Source: Octopus bimaculoides
Taxonomy: Eukaryota
Assembly: GCF_001194135.2 (NCBI RefSeq)
Contig: NC_068981.1
Coordinates: 173,429,293 to 173,493,292 of the forward strand
Direction: 5' to 3'
Length of the DNA: 64,000 nucleotides
Both the position numbers and the translations under genes were made by a program. This document shows, piece by piece, positions 12,727 to 24,199 of the stretch (the stretch's first letter is position 1; each line of letters starts with the position of its first letter). The notes beneath the pieces were generated by a model that saw only the letters and a list, made by a program, of their open reading frames with translations, was not told the origin of the DNA and ran no database searches.

Positions 12727-14412
12727 TTGTTGAGTCACAGTGTGCCAGGGAAAATTGTGATGTCGTGGGAGGGAAGTATATTTGCATGGATGATTGTTCA
12801 CTTGCAGTTTGAATCTGCAAAGAAAGAGGCTTGGAAGTGCCACTATGAAATGATACTAAATGTAGAGAATGCATGGGAAGAGAATGTGCCTAATGTGGAT
12901 CTGGCAGAGGGACCAACAATCCGAATAGACAGAAGCAAGGTATATAAAGCCATAAAGGATATGTACCTTTATGGACCAGGAAAGCTCTTAGCCCATCAAG
13001 AATCACTGCTGAGACACTTAAAAAAATCTGGCAGTGTGGGATATGGTCTAGTTACCCATATAGTAAATCAGGTTGTACATGAGGGAGTCACACCCAATGA
13101 CTGGTGTAGCAGCATCATAATCAACTGCTATAAGATTAAAGGTGATGCCTTAGACAGAAATCGTTACAGAGGTATCAAACTGTTAGATCAGGTGAAAGTT
13201 ACAGAGAGCATCATAGACCAACTTATTAGGAAGAGAGTTAATCTAAATGAGATGCAGCTTGGTTTTGTGTCAGGGAGAAGCATTATTGATGCTCTATTTC
13301 TGGTAAGGCAGCTGCAGGAGAAGTACCTAGCCAAAGTTAAACATGTGCACCTGGCTTTTGTCGACATGGAGAAATCCTTTGACAGGGTCTCCCAATCCCT
13401 TATCTGGTGGTCAATGCAGAAACTAGAGATAGACAAGTGGTTGGTGAGAGCTGTACAAACCATGTACAGGGATGCTGTCAGTAAGGTGAGGGGTAGCAAT
13501 GAGCAAAGCGATAAATTCAGAGTACAAGTAGGGTTTCACCAAGGATCAGTGCTCAGTCTCCTTCTTGTTCATCATAGTCCTCTACACAATAACAGAGGAA
13601 TTTAAGACGGGCTGCCCCTGGGAGCTCCTCTATGCTGATGACCTTATTCTCAGTCAAATCACTTCCAGAGCTAGAAGAAATTTCAGGTGTGAAAGCAAGG
13701 TCTAGAATCAAAGAGCCTTAGAGTTAATGCAGCAAAAACCAAAGTCTTAGTAAGTAGGAAAGCGGACAAATCACAAATCCCTTCAGGTAGGTGGCTCTGC
13801 TTGAGCTGTAGAAAAGGGGTAGGTAGAAACTCCACAAGGCATACCCAGTGTAAACTATGGACACATAAGAGGTGCAGCAATATCAGAGGAAGGTTAACAA
13901 GGAAACTAGTTTGTGTGTGTGGAAGGTGCACAGATACAATAAACACAAGAAATGTACATAAAATAGACTTCATCCAATGTCAGGCAGGTAAGCTAGAGAT
14001 AGTTGATAGCTCACGTTATCTTGGTCACCGAGTCAGTAGCAGAGGTGGATGCTCTGAGAGCATAACTGCAAGAATAAGGAAAAAGCACCATTTGAGCGCG
14101 ATCGTTTCCAGTTTTGCCTTACTGGCACTTGTGCCGGTGGCATGTGAACAAAACATTGACTGACTCCTGTGCAGGTGGCACGTAAAAACACCTTTTGAGC
14201 ATAGCTGTTGCCAGTACTGCCGGACTGGCCCTCGTATCGGTGGCACGTAAAAAGCACCCACTACACTCTTGGAGTGGTTGGTGTTAGGAAGGGCATCCAG
14301 CTGTAGAGACTCTGCCAAATCAGATTGGAGCCTGGTGTAGCCTTCTGGCTTGCCAGTCACCAGTCAAATCGTCTAACCCATGCTAGCATGGAAAGCGGAC
14401 GTTAAATAATGA
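12727..14412 (+). mobile_element. RTE-clade LINE, 5'-truncated and internally deleted
   Basis: RT motifs RYRGIKLLDQ, LAFVDMEKSFDRV, HQGSVLS, ELLYADDL. PHD-like Cys/His block. Joined at ~14086 to a 3' UTR repeat array and a (GAT)n tail. Confidence 0.9.
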
Positions 14413-14599
14413 TGATGATTTCTACTTTGGCATGGATTAATTTTATTTGTAATGTGACCTCATATTTTGATCCTAAATTATCTTGCCCTTCATCAATGAC
14501 CACCACATTATGCTGAGTATTTTTTAGTATATTTCTTCTTAATATACTTTGAATTTTATTTCAAAGCAGTTCTTTGATGACTACATCATCAATTTAAAC

Positions 14600-15330
14600 A
14601 AAAAGTCCATATCAGTTCAATTCTAATTGTGAAAAGTAGTAAAAAGGTGAGGTTACAGTGAGTATAATGTCATCTCCAGTTAATTTGATTAGCTGTATCA
14701 AGTTTGCTATTTTGTCTAAATTAAACTAAATTAGACCTGTCCAGTTCCGCACACTTGCTACAAATCCTTACTTCAATTTTCACTTGTTTATTCTAGATAA
14801 AATAAACAACAGCTTGTCTAAGCTGTAGACATGCAGGTCATCCATAACTGATATTAGAAACCCCAAAAACGTTCATTGACACCAATCTGAATTCAAGCAA
14901 TGTAAGTTGCATACAATATGGACTGAAAAAAGTCACACCTAGCTTCATGTTTAGGATTCAGCAAATCATGAGTTATAAATTTCAGGTGTATCTTGGACTA
15001 AAAAAATATCTTCATGAATACCCTTTTTTGTGGTGTTGATTCAAAGTTGAATTTCAGTTCCACATCAAACAATTCAACTTCTAATAGTGGTTCAATTAAT
15101 TCTCAATAAACTTAATTACCTGTAAATCAGCTGAGAATATCTGACTCCATTATCTTTCTAACCCTGTCAGAATGACACCCTCCATATATAACTGGAGGTA
15201 AAAGAACAGAGCCTATTTTAATGCCTTTCATATCAATCAGGTCTTTTCTCAGTATCCTGTCAATGGCATATTTAAAGAGGATTAGTGATAAGAGAAATAC
15301 TATTTCTATGTAAAGAACAAAAAACTATTA
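14600..15330 (-). mobile_element. Old LINE RT remnant
   Basis: Stop-riddled frame reading LSLILFKYAIDRILRK...ELIEPLLEVE...LKFNFEST...QVKIEVRI, following RT motif order. Confidence 0.55.
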
Positions 15331-15339
15331 TTTACTACA

Positions 15340-18250
15340 ACTGTTTAACGTCTGTTTTCCATGCTGGCATGGGTTGGATGGTTCACCTGGGGTCTAGGAA
15401 GCCAGGAGGCTGAACCAGGCTCCAGTCTGATCTGGCAGTGTTTCTACAGCTGGATGCCCTTCCTAATGCCAACCACTCCGAGAGTGTAGTGGGTGATTTT
15501 TATGTGCCACAGAGACAGGGGTCAGAGGGGGCTGGCAAAGACCACTATCGGTTGGTGCTTTTTACTTGCCACCGGCATTGGCCACATTCGGATGGTGCTT
15601 TTTACGTACCATGAAGCATGGCAGTTCACACACATGCATCATACAATCTACCTTTCACTCTGAGCGAGAGGCCCTTTGTCACCAGTAGGGGTAGGAGCTT
15701 TCTAAACTTTATCCAGGCTATTCTTATTCTAGTGGTAACGCTCTCTGAGCATCCACTCCCACTACAGACTTGGTCATCTAGGTAGCGGAAGATATCAACA
15801 ACTTCTAGTTTCTCCCCCTGGTATGTGATGGAATCTGTTTTCTGAGCATCTGTGGTGTTTATTGCCCCTGTGCATCTGCCACACATGAAAGCTATCTTCC
15901 CAGTTAATCTTCCTTAGATGTTGCTGCACCTCTTATGTGTCCATAGCTTACACTGGGTACATCTTATGGAGTTTCTACCTACACCTTTTCTACAGATCGA
16001 GAAGGGGTGTGTGTTGTGCTTGCCTTCCTATTTACAAGAACTTTGGTCTTTGCAACATTGACTCTAAGCCCCTTCGGTTCTAAACCTTGCTTCCACACCT
16101 GAGATTTCTTCTCTAGTTCTGGTAGTGATTCTGCTATGAGGACCAGGTCATCAGCATAGAGGAGCTCCCAGGGGCAACCTGTCTTGAATTCCTCTGTTAT
16201 TGCCTGGAGGACTATGATGAATAAGAGGGGGCTGAAGGCTGATCCTTGGTGGACCCCTACTTCTATCCAGAATTCTTCACTATACTCATTGCCAGCCCTA
16301 ACCTTACTAACAGCATCTCTGTATAGGGCTCATACAGCCCTTATCAACCATTTGTCAACCCCCAGTTTCTGCATCGCCCACCAGATAAGGGATCGGGGGA
16401 CCCTGTCAAAGGCTTTCTCCAAGTCCACAAAAGCCAAGTATAGGGGTTTATTTTTGGCTAGGTATTTCTCCTGCAGTTGCTGTACCAGGAATATAGCATC
16501 AGTGGTGCTTCTACCTGGCACAAAACTGAACTGTATCTCATCTAAGCAGACTCTCTCCCTAATTATTTGGGCTATGACTCTCAGTTTGATACCTCTGTAG
16601 TTATTTCTATCTAAAGCATCACCTTTACCCTTGTAGCAGTTGACCATGGTGCTGTTATGCCAGTCATTGGGTATGACTCCATTATGAACTACCTGGTTTA
16701 CAATATGGGCAACTAGGCCATAGCCCACACCACCAGATGTTTTAAGCATCTCAGCAGTGATTCCTGATGGACCGGGGGGCTTTTTCTGGCTTCATACCCT
16801 TAATTGCTTTATCTACCAGGGTACTGTCTATTCGGATAGCTGGTCCCTCTACTGGGTCAACATTTGGCAGGCTTTCCTCCTCCCATTCATTCTCCACATT
16901 CAGCAGTCTTTCATAATGGCTTCTCCAAGCCTCTTTCTTTTCCGAATCATTAAAAGCAAGTGCACCATCACCCATGCAGACACATTTCTCTCCTGTGACA
17001 TCACAATTCTTTCTCACACACTGTCTTGCAATCCGAAATACTTCAGTTCTTTGGACCTCATGTCGCTGGACATTGGCAAACTTCTTTTCCGCTCCACCCT
17101 TGGCTATGTATACCTTTCGCCCAGCCTCCCATCTGGCTATTTGGTACAGTTCCCTGCTACCACCACCCTTCCAGGCTTTCCAGGCCTGTTTTTTTGCTCG
17201 AATGGTTTTGTCTATCATATTATTCCACCACCATGTTACTCTAGGTCTGGAAGGGACTTTGCACCATCCGCAGACTTAATCTGTGGCACTTAGTAAGCTG
17301 TCCAGTAGGAATTTCCAACTACCTTCTATGTCCGAGGTCTGTAGCTCCCCTTCCCTGTCATCAAATTTCTTGATGAGGATGTCCCTAAATCTCTGATCAT
17401 GTGAAGGGTTCTTTAGCTTCCAAATCTTTCTTTCCTGGATTGGTCTGCTTCTTGGCATCCTTCTGGCCTCAAGCCTAAAGTCACTAATGACTAGTCTATG
17501 CGGATGGGGGGGGGGGGCATTTTTCACTTGGGAGAGTTTTTGTATTTAAGAGCAACCCTGCGTCCCACTGTCTGGTGAGGATGAAATCAATCTGACTAGC
17601 AGAGTCACCTGATTGATAGGTTATCAGGTGGCTGTCTGGCTTCCTGAAGTTAGTGTTGCAGATTAAAAGGTTATATGCATCATAGAACTCCAGTAGCCTA
17701 GTTCCCTCATTGTTTTGGTAACCAATACCATGGCCCCCATGTACACCAGTGAAGATACCGGATTGCCGCCCAACATGCCCATTAAAATCCCCACCTGCAA
17801 AGATGAGGTCATGACCACATGTCTTTGAGGGTAACATAAAAATGGTCCTTCTGATTGTTTGGTAGGCCTGCTTGTGGGGCGTAGGCAGAGATAACTGTAG
17901 CTGTGCTGTTCTGCAGGACTAGCCTGAGCTTAAGCACTATCACATACCCTGACAACCTCTATGACCTTATCAACCCATTTTTCCGCAAGGAGTATGCCTA
18001 CACCCCCTACTCCAACCATAGTACCTTGCCAGAAGATTTTATATCTATGTGCCTTGCCTGTGAGGACCCTAGCTGAAGCTCCTCTCCATCTTACCTCTTG
18101 TATGCAGCATACATCGACACATCTCCTTTCAAGCATCTCTACAATCTCACTAGACCTACCTTTCAGTGTACCTACATTGACAGTGCCAACTCTGAAAACT
18201 GGGAAAGGAATGTGGGGTGAGGCTTGGGGAGGAGAGAGGTTATTCAGTAC
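15340..18250 (-). mobile_element. RTE-clade LINE, near full length but degraded (endonuclease + RT)
   Basis: APE endonuclease motifs (DVCCIQEVRW, GGDFNGHVG, SQIDFIL) and RT motifs (LAFVDLEKAFDRV). Same 3' tail, on the minus strand, at 15340-15610. Confidence 0.92.
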
Positions 18251-18349
18251 CTGAATATATACACTTGATATAAACTGTTAATATTTAAAATATTTACATA
18301 AATGGAGAAAAAGATGGAACATCTTAAAGTAGCATTAAATCTATCCAGT

Positions 18350-18720
18350 CGAGCAACTTGTTCAGACCAATGCAACTTTTCCACATCAGATGTTCTGAAC
18401 TTCCATAGCAGTTTTCATATCAACCTGATATCCAGTGTCTTCCACAAGTTGATCAATATATAAGCTCTTATCAGTCAGCTGATAGCTGTATATCCACATG
18501 TGAGTTTCCAGAGAAGGAGATAACTGGATATTTCATCCTTCCTTCTCCAGTAATGTCCTGCACAATGTGTTTTTTTTTTTCTGATAAAGTGATGGCAAGA
18601 AGACTGCATTACAATTGCAGCTTTGTAGGGTGTTGGCATGAAGCATTCTTGTGTATGTACTGTCAAGCTTCTTTTCAAGTCTTGTTCAGTGCCCATGCTG
18701 AAGGGCGATAGAGATATACT
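18350..18720 (-). mobile_element. Old RTE-type LINE C-terminal remnant
   Basis: HCAGHYWRRKDEISSYLLLWKLT resembles the RTE-type RFAGHCWRRKDE..LLLW.P tail. Confidence 0.6.
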
Positions 18721-18999
18721 GACTCAACAACTGCTTTGAAGAAAGCCCTCTTCAGGTTGTCAAGAAGAGATCTTAAAAAAATCTTTTCTAAATGAAATTC
18801 AAAGAGCTATCTTACATACAATAAATTCAAATGCTGTTTAGGTGTGGTTTGGTAAGGAATAACTATTTGGCATGTGCTATCTTTATTTTCTATGATATTA
18901 ATTTCTAAGTTTGATCAAACTAATGGGTGCCACTAACTTTTTTGACTTAATCTCCACCTACCATCCAGAGATATTTTCTCACCTAGATTTTCAGGAAGC

Positions 19000-19925
19000 T
19001 TCTACCCTTACTGGAGACAAAGGGCCTCTCGCTCAGAGTGAAAGGTAGATTGTATGATGCATGTGTGTGAACTGCCATGCTTCATGGCAGTGAAACATTG
19101 ACCGTGACTGCTGAAGATATGCATAGGCTCGAAAGAAATAAAGCTAGCATGATTCGCTAGATGTGTAATGTCAGTGTGCACACACAACAGAGTGTAAGCG
19201 CCCTGAGAGAAATGTTACACATAAGAAGCCTTGGATGTGGCGTGCAAGAGAGACGTTTGCGTTGGTATGGTCATGTACTGCGGATGGACAAGGAGAGCTG
19301 TGTGAAGAAGTGCCACGCCCAAACAATGGAAGGAATCTGGGGTAGAGGGAGACACAGGAAGACATGGGATGAGGTGGTGAAGCATGACCTTTGAACGTTG
19401 GGCCTCACAGAGGCAATGACAAAAGACAGAGACCTCTGGAGGTATGATGTGACTGAGAAGACCCGGCAAATAAAATGAGTCCACAGCTGTAACCTACACC
19501 AAGTGTCACATAACCAGCACACTTAAAAGTACCTTGGATCGTAGGGCGACATGCCATGCTTGAGGAGACCTACTGAGTCAAGTACATCAACAGCAAAATC
19601 AAATCAAATGGAAATTGTAGTTGTGAGCCCCGTGCCGGTAGCACATAAAAAGCACCCTCCAAATGTGGCTGATGCTAGTGCAGCTTTGACTGACTTCTGT
19701 GCCGGTGGCATGTAAAATGCATCATCCAATCATGTCGAAACCAGCTCCTCTGGCCCTTGTGCCGAAGGCACGTAAAAAGCACCCACTACACTTTCGGAGT
19801 GGTTGGCGTTAGGAAGGGCATCCAGCTGTAGAAACACTGCCAGATTAGATTGGGGCCTGGTACAGCCTCCTGGCTTCTCTGACTCCAGTTGAACAGTCCA
19901 ACCCATGCCAGATGATGATGATGAT
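19000..19925 (+). mobile_element. RTE-clade LINE 3' fragment, same family
   Basis: C-terminal ORF2 (VQERRLRWYGHVLRMD...GRGRHRKTWDEVVKHDL), followed by the 3' UTR repeats and a (GAT)n tail. Confidence 0.88.
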
Positions 19926-20825
19926 GTGGGCATTCCTATCCCATGTTCACACCAATATTCTTTCATCCAATGTACTTTATTGTAGTCCCTACCTTGTTCA
20001 TGCTTTTATTCTAACAAGTAACTTGTCACTATTTAACTAAACATTAACCACATTAACTTCAAAGCTATGCATATATTTGCCAAACTGGGAGGATTTAATA
20101 AAACTAATCTGAAAACAGTGTCTATAAAAAAGCATTCTTAGCTAAATCAAATTAAATTTATTTAAGTTGACAATGCATATCCATTAGATGACTGCTCAGA
20201 TCTCTCTAGCATCATGCATCATTTAGGTAGGGAGTGATCTTAAGGGTTTCCTCCAGAAACACTTCCTCTCCCTAGATGCTATCATCTATGGACAATTACC
20301 TCTCATATCCGTCAATTTTTTTTTTTTTCCCACCAAATATTGAGCTTCATTAAATCATTAGTTTCTCTAAATCTTTTCCAATAATTCAGCAGACTTGTCT
20401 ATTTTCCACGCTTATGGTTAGAGGTGTATATGTAGTTTGTTGGATAGCCTTGAATGATCTTTTCAATTCACATGGTTATAACAGCTGAGCTGGGTTTTCT
20501 TTTTTTTTTTATTAATTATTAGTATTTTCTTTTATTAGTTCAGAAATGGCTTGCTGAAAAGCAAGTTTGTTGAATGCATTTTGCCATACTCTATGCAGAC
20601 CATTTGAAAAACTTCCAAATAGTTCTGGAGTAATATCCAAGATTCTGAACCATGTACAGAGGACTGATAAATGCAGATAATAATAAAGAGATGTCCTGCT
20701 GTGTACAACAGAATTAAAGAAATCAAGGCTGAGGAATCAGTGGTAAGTTTTAAATGCAATGACTAGTTACAATTCTACTTCCACCTAAGGTGTCACCGAA
20801 AATTTTACACAGGCAAACACAAAAA

Positions 20826-20865
<40 letters not shown>

Positions 20866-22730
20866 CAATTATATAAAAAAAAATTGAAGAATTTTACAGA
20901 CACACGCAATATCTTACCCATACACACTTTAAAACTTTAGTTTCAGAAGGAAAAATCCGTTAATATTAAATAAAACTTGTAAATGATATATATATTAATC
21001 AACCAACTTATGAATTTTATCACACTCGTACAATATTACATACATTTATTACACACATATACAACGTAAAATGTCAAATCGGATGTAAAATATTAAAAGC
21101 TAATAGATTTTATTTGCTTTTATATATAATTTCTGGCTTATATAGTGAGATTTTAAATAATAGTTCAGCTTGAACACACCATAGATGGAGGCAAAGAAGA
21201 AGGGATATTACTCTTTCTGAATCCGAAAATTACTTTTAAAATATATAACTACATGCGTGTGTGTTCTATGCTTTGGCTAATTTAAACGTGTTTACATTTT
21301 TATCATTATTACAGACGTTGAAACAATTACACTGAAAAGATTAAAAAATATTTAAATTAGGGAACAGAGAGCTATACTTATATTCTTAATATTTAAAGTT
21401 TTTATAAATGTGAAAGACGCCGAGATGGAATATTTGCCAAGCGATAAGTTGAAGAAAACTAAAATGGAAACAGTAGAAATAAATTGATAAACCAAGTTTA
21501 ATCCAAAGAATATAGTATTTTCTTAGTGATTTAAATTGCTATAATTAAAATTTCTGGTCATTTGAAACTGGTTGGATAAATGGTATTTTATCAATGCATT
21601 TCCTCTTCCGACCGGCGTGAAAAAAAAAAAAAAGCCGTCCAAATTTCGAAGAATTTATATTAAAATGATTATTCAAATATTTCATTCATACATTAGAAAT
21701 ATAAAAATGAACAATTCCGGACTATTTTAAACATTTCTTGGATTTTAAAAGTAAATTTAAACGAAGTCTTGATTCTTTTCTTGAAAAAAAAAAAAAAGGT
21801 TAAATCGACTTTGGAAATGTCTTTTTATATTTATAATAACCGATATATGAATTATTTCCATATTAAATAGCTGTTCGGGGTTTCAGATCTATTTCTAAAT
21901 ATTTAAGATGAAGTTATTACCTATACTTCCAAATTTGTTTAATACAAGNNNNNNNNNNNNNNNNNNNNNNNNNNNNNNNNNNNNNNNNNNNNNNNNNNNN
22001 NNNNNNNNNNNNNNNNNNNNNNNNNNNNNNNNNNNNNNNNNNNNNNNNNNNNNNNNNNNNNNNNCTCGAATTTACCATGCCATCAAACTGAATTTGAAAG
22101 CAAATTCTACATAAAACGTGTTTATTTTTAGCTTTGAACTGAAGTGCTTAAAAAGTTTTAAAAATTTACAAGCTTCTGATAAAATTGAATATCGCCCACA
22201 AATATCTGGGAAATTGAAAGAATGAGGGTTGAAGAAAACCTAAAAAACGAAAAGAATTTGTGAAAAAAAATTTTTCCTTACAAAAAATGTTATCCAAATA
22301 GTTATAAAATATAACTGTTTATATTCACAATAAAAGAATAAAGAGAAACAGTTCTATTTCGAATCTGAAGCGAGAGTTGCAGGAAGGAATTCAAAAAAAA
22401 AAACCCCAAATGATTTAATACTAAAAACAAAAAAAAAAAAAACAGTTTAGATAATCAACTAAGTAAGGAACATTTAAATTACTTATTTAGCTATTTCATT
22501 CTTTTATTTTCTAGTTAGTCATTAATTTTTGTTTTGCAATTAATATACCAGATATCGGGAAATATACGTATGGAAGGGCTAATAGAAACTTCGGACCAAA
22601 ACAAACAGCAAAATGGAAAAAAAAAAAAGTAACCCATATGATCAAGGAAAGAGAAAAACTGAAAGATAGAAATATTAGAAAAACAAATATGCAACTTAAA
22701 ATCTTAAAATTAATAAAGAACATTTCTTAC

Positions 22731-22832
22731 CTCTGCCAAACGGGTATATCCATGTCCAGAATACTGAGACTCAACTATTGAATGGAACAAAGATATTTTG
22801 TTAGTCCGTTTACAACGGAGTTGTATTGGCAT
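22731..22832 (-). CDS. TRPC4AP: TRPC4AP first coding exon (MPIQLRCKRTNKISLFHSIVESQYSGHGYTRLAE)
   Basis: ATG at 22832, 102 nt, phase-0 donor GAG|gtaaga. Resembles the recalled human N-terminus GNILLQLRQGQLTGRGLVRAVQ. CpG-containing, promoter-like flank. Confidence 0.75.
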
Positions 22833-23932
22833 GATTCGATGGACAGTAACTTTACTCTTCGGTTTCCGCTTTGGTGAAGACACTCAAAAGTATCAACTAA
22901 TTATAGTAAATGCTACATAAACACTTTAATGTTTGGTCGATACCTTAGCAAATTAGAAACTTGTACAGGTGCTTTCATTACATATTTCACTGAGGCCGCT
23001 TAAATACACTCTAAATTAAATGAAAAATAACAACAAATGACAAGAACAACAACAAAATCTCACATGTGAGATTACACGGAACAGAAAGAAGTTATATATT
23101 GAGAAAGAGAGAGTGGATGAAGAGAGAGATAACTGCAGGAGCACCCCTTCCTTTTTAATATTTATTCTCTTCCATCAGCAGTAATTTATTGAAAATTACC
23201 GGATGAAATTAATTTTCTTTCATGATGAAATACCAACCCAAAAGACATTCCCGGAACAATTTTTATTTTCATCACTAAACGATGTTTATTTTCTTGTCAA
23301 GCAAGAAAATGCCATGCGCCAATATTTACTCATAAGACTCATTAGCCGAGTTTAAATTGTGAAAACATATCTCACAGAAAATTGATATGCATAATTAAAT
23401 GTTTTTTCTGATTACATCGCCCTGGTTATTAAATAAAATAAAATACAAAATATTAAACCGACAAAAATTGTCATTGTTTATTTTAAGTAGCATAAGCGAC
23501 TTTTACAGTTTATCGATTTTCGTATGGCGTCTAACAATATTTTTCCCAAAACAACGCCACATTTGGAAGCGCTTGATACAACCAAATTTTCGATTATTTT
23601 GCAATTTAGCTACAAATCTCATTAGTATTCATAATTAAAGAGAGCATTTTTTATGGTAGTTCTTATTTGTAATCTCTCTTCCATTTTCATTGTGTGTGTG
23701 TCTACATATAGGTTTGGTGATGCAAACAGGAGAAATAGAGCTCAAAACATGAGTGTATATATTTTTATTAGTATTTAGCAGAAGCATCAGAGTGACTCAA
23801 GGGCCGAAAGCTTCGTTCGTTAGCACTAGTTTGATAAGTGCTAACGCACGAAACTTTCGGTTCTTGAGTCTCTGTTGGTTCTGCTAAATATTAAGGTGTG
23901 TGTGAGTGTGTTATATTTGTTTATATATGCAC

Positions 23933-23984
<52 letters not shown>

Positions 23985-23989
23985 TCAAT

Positions 23990-24195
23990 TCTTTTATTTG
24001 CTTCAATTCAATCATTTGACTGCGGCTGTGCTGGAGCACCGCCTTTTAGTCGAATAAATCGGCCCCAGGACTTATTCTTTGTAAGCCTAGTACTTATTTA
24101 TTCGGTCTCTTTTGCCGAACCGCTAGCTACGGGACATAAACACACCAGCATCGGTTGTCAAGCGATGGTGGGGGACAAACATACATACATACATA
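23990..24195 (-). mobile_element. Octopus-type SINE 3' half
   Basis: CATTTGACTGCGGCTGTGCTGGAGCACCGCC...GGACATAAACACACCAGCATCGGTTGTCAAG matches the family. Confidence 0.85.
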
Positions 24196-24199
24196 CATA

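Noticed and set aside
14772-14792. Apparent 21-nt in-frame TRPC4AP microexon (NKQVKIE) with tag/gtaagg sites
   Set aside because: It lies inside a frame reading as an old LINE RT remnant (QVKIEVRI resembles DIKVRI) and has no similarity to the missing TRPC4AP segment.
15022-15105. IEPLLEVELF segment resembling human ISPLLSMEAM
   Set aside because: It has an in-frame TGA upstream, no real acceptor, and is better explained as part of the same LINE remnant.
20538-20741. Plus-strand exon-like block (tttattag...gtaagt)
   Set aside because: All three plus frames contain stops. The minus strand reads as an RTE remnant (IYQSSVHGSESWILL).
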